DNA of 64,000 nt, taken from the NCBI GenBank assembly GCA_002633005.1, contig NMRA01000185.1:679993-743992 (forward strand). Direction: 5' to 3'. Below, piece after piece: positions 63,819-64,000 of this stretch. The position numbers and the translations under genes were made by a program. This DNA is from Phoronis australis. Its lineage: Eukaryota > Animalia > Phoronida. Every line of letters begins with the position of its first letter. Position 1 is the first letter of the stretch. A model generated the notes under the pieces. The model did no database searches, was not told the origin of the DNA, and saw nothing but the letters and a program-made list of their open reading frames with translations.

Positions 63819-64000
63819 CTGACGGTGCTGTGGACAAAGCGGAATCTAAATTCGCGGCCCCGACGAGTAAGTAGCTTTGCAGTTTCGTGGCTAATTCACC
63901 AACATAATCACGTGCACATTACTTTGGCTCACTAGTATAGTATTTTCCTGACTAGGAGTTTAGTTTCCAACTTTGGCTGGTTTATGTTCGTGATGTCTGA

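Overview
AT-rich eukaryotic (invertebrate animal, possibly lophotrochozoan) genomic DNA, not prokaryotic. Two clear host genes are present. One is an intronless mitochondrial 2-oxodicarboxylate carrier (SLC25A21, minus strand, 5075-5956). The other is the 5' part of Rab7 (plus strand), with three coding exons at 52802-52854, 58160-58286 and 60207-60425, a probable non-coding first exon near 43470-43640, and a 3' end beyond the window. Most of the rest is nested transposon debris: Tx1/L1-type LINE pieces, a LOA/R1-like RNase H LINE end, a Mag-type Gypsy element with a 133-bp LTR, an intron-containing two-gene PIF/Harbinger element, a Merlin transposase pseudogene, three copies of a THAP-bearing Kolobok-like deletion derivative, many MITEs, tRNA-derived SINE heads and a ~31-bp minisatellite. 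The most unusual signals are fold-back hairpins at the 5' truncation points of two retroelement insertions, a poly(T) sense-strand tail on a LINE, a panel of CA...TG MITEs that consistently make 5-bp TSDs, and the amplified THAP/KolX mini-Kolobok. All calls come from manual reading of the sequence; no database search was run. I cannot support a wholly new biological system.
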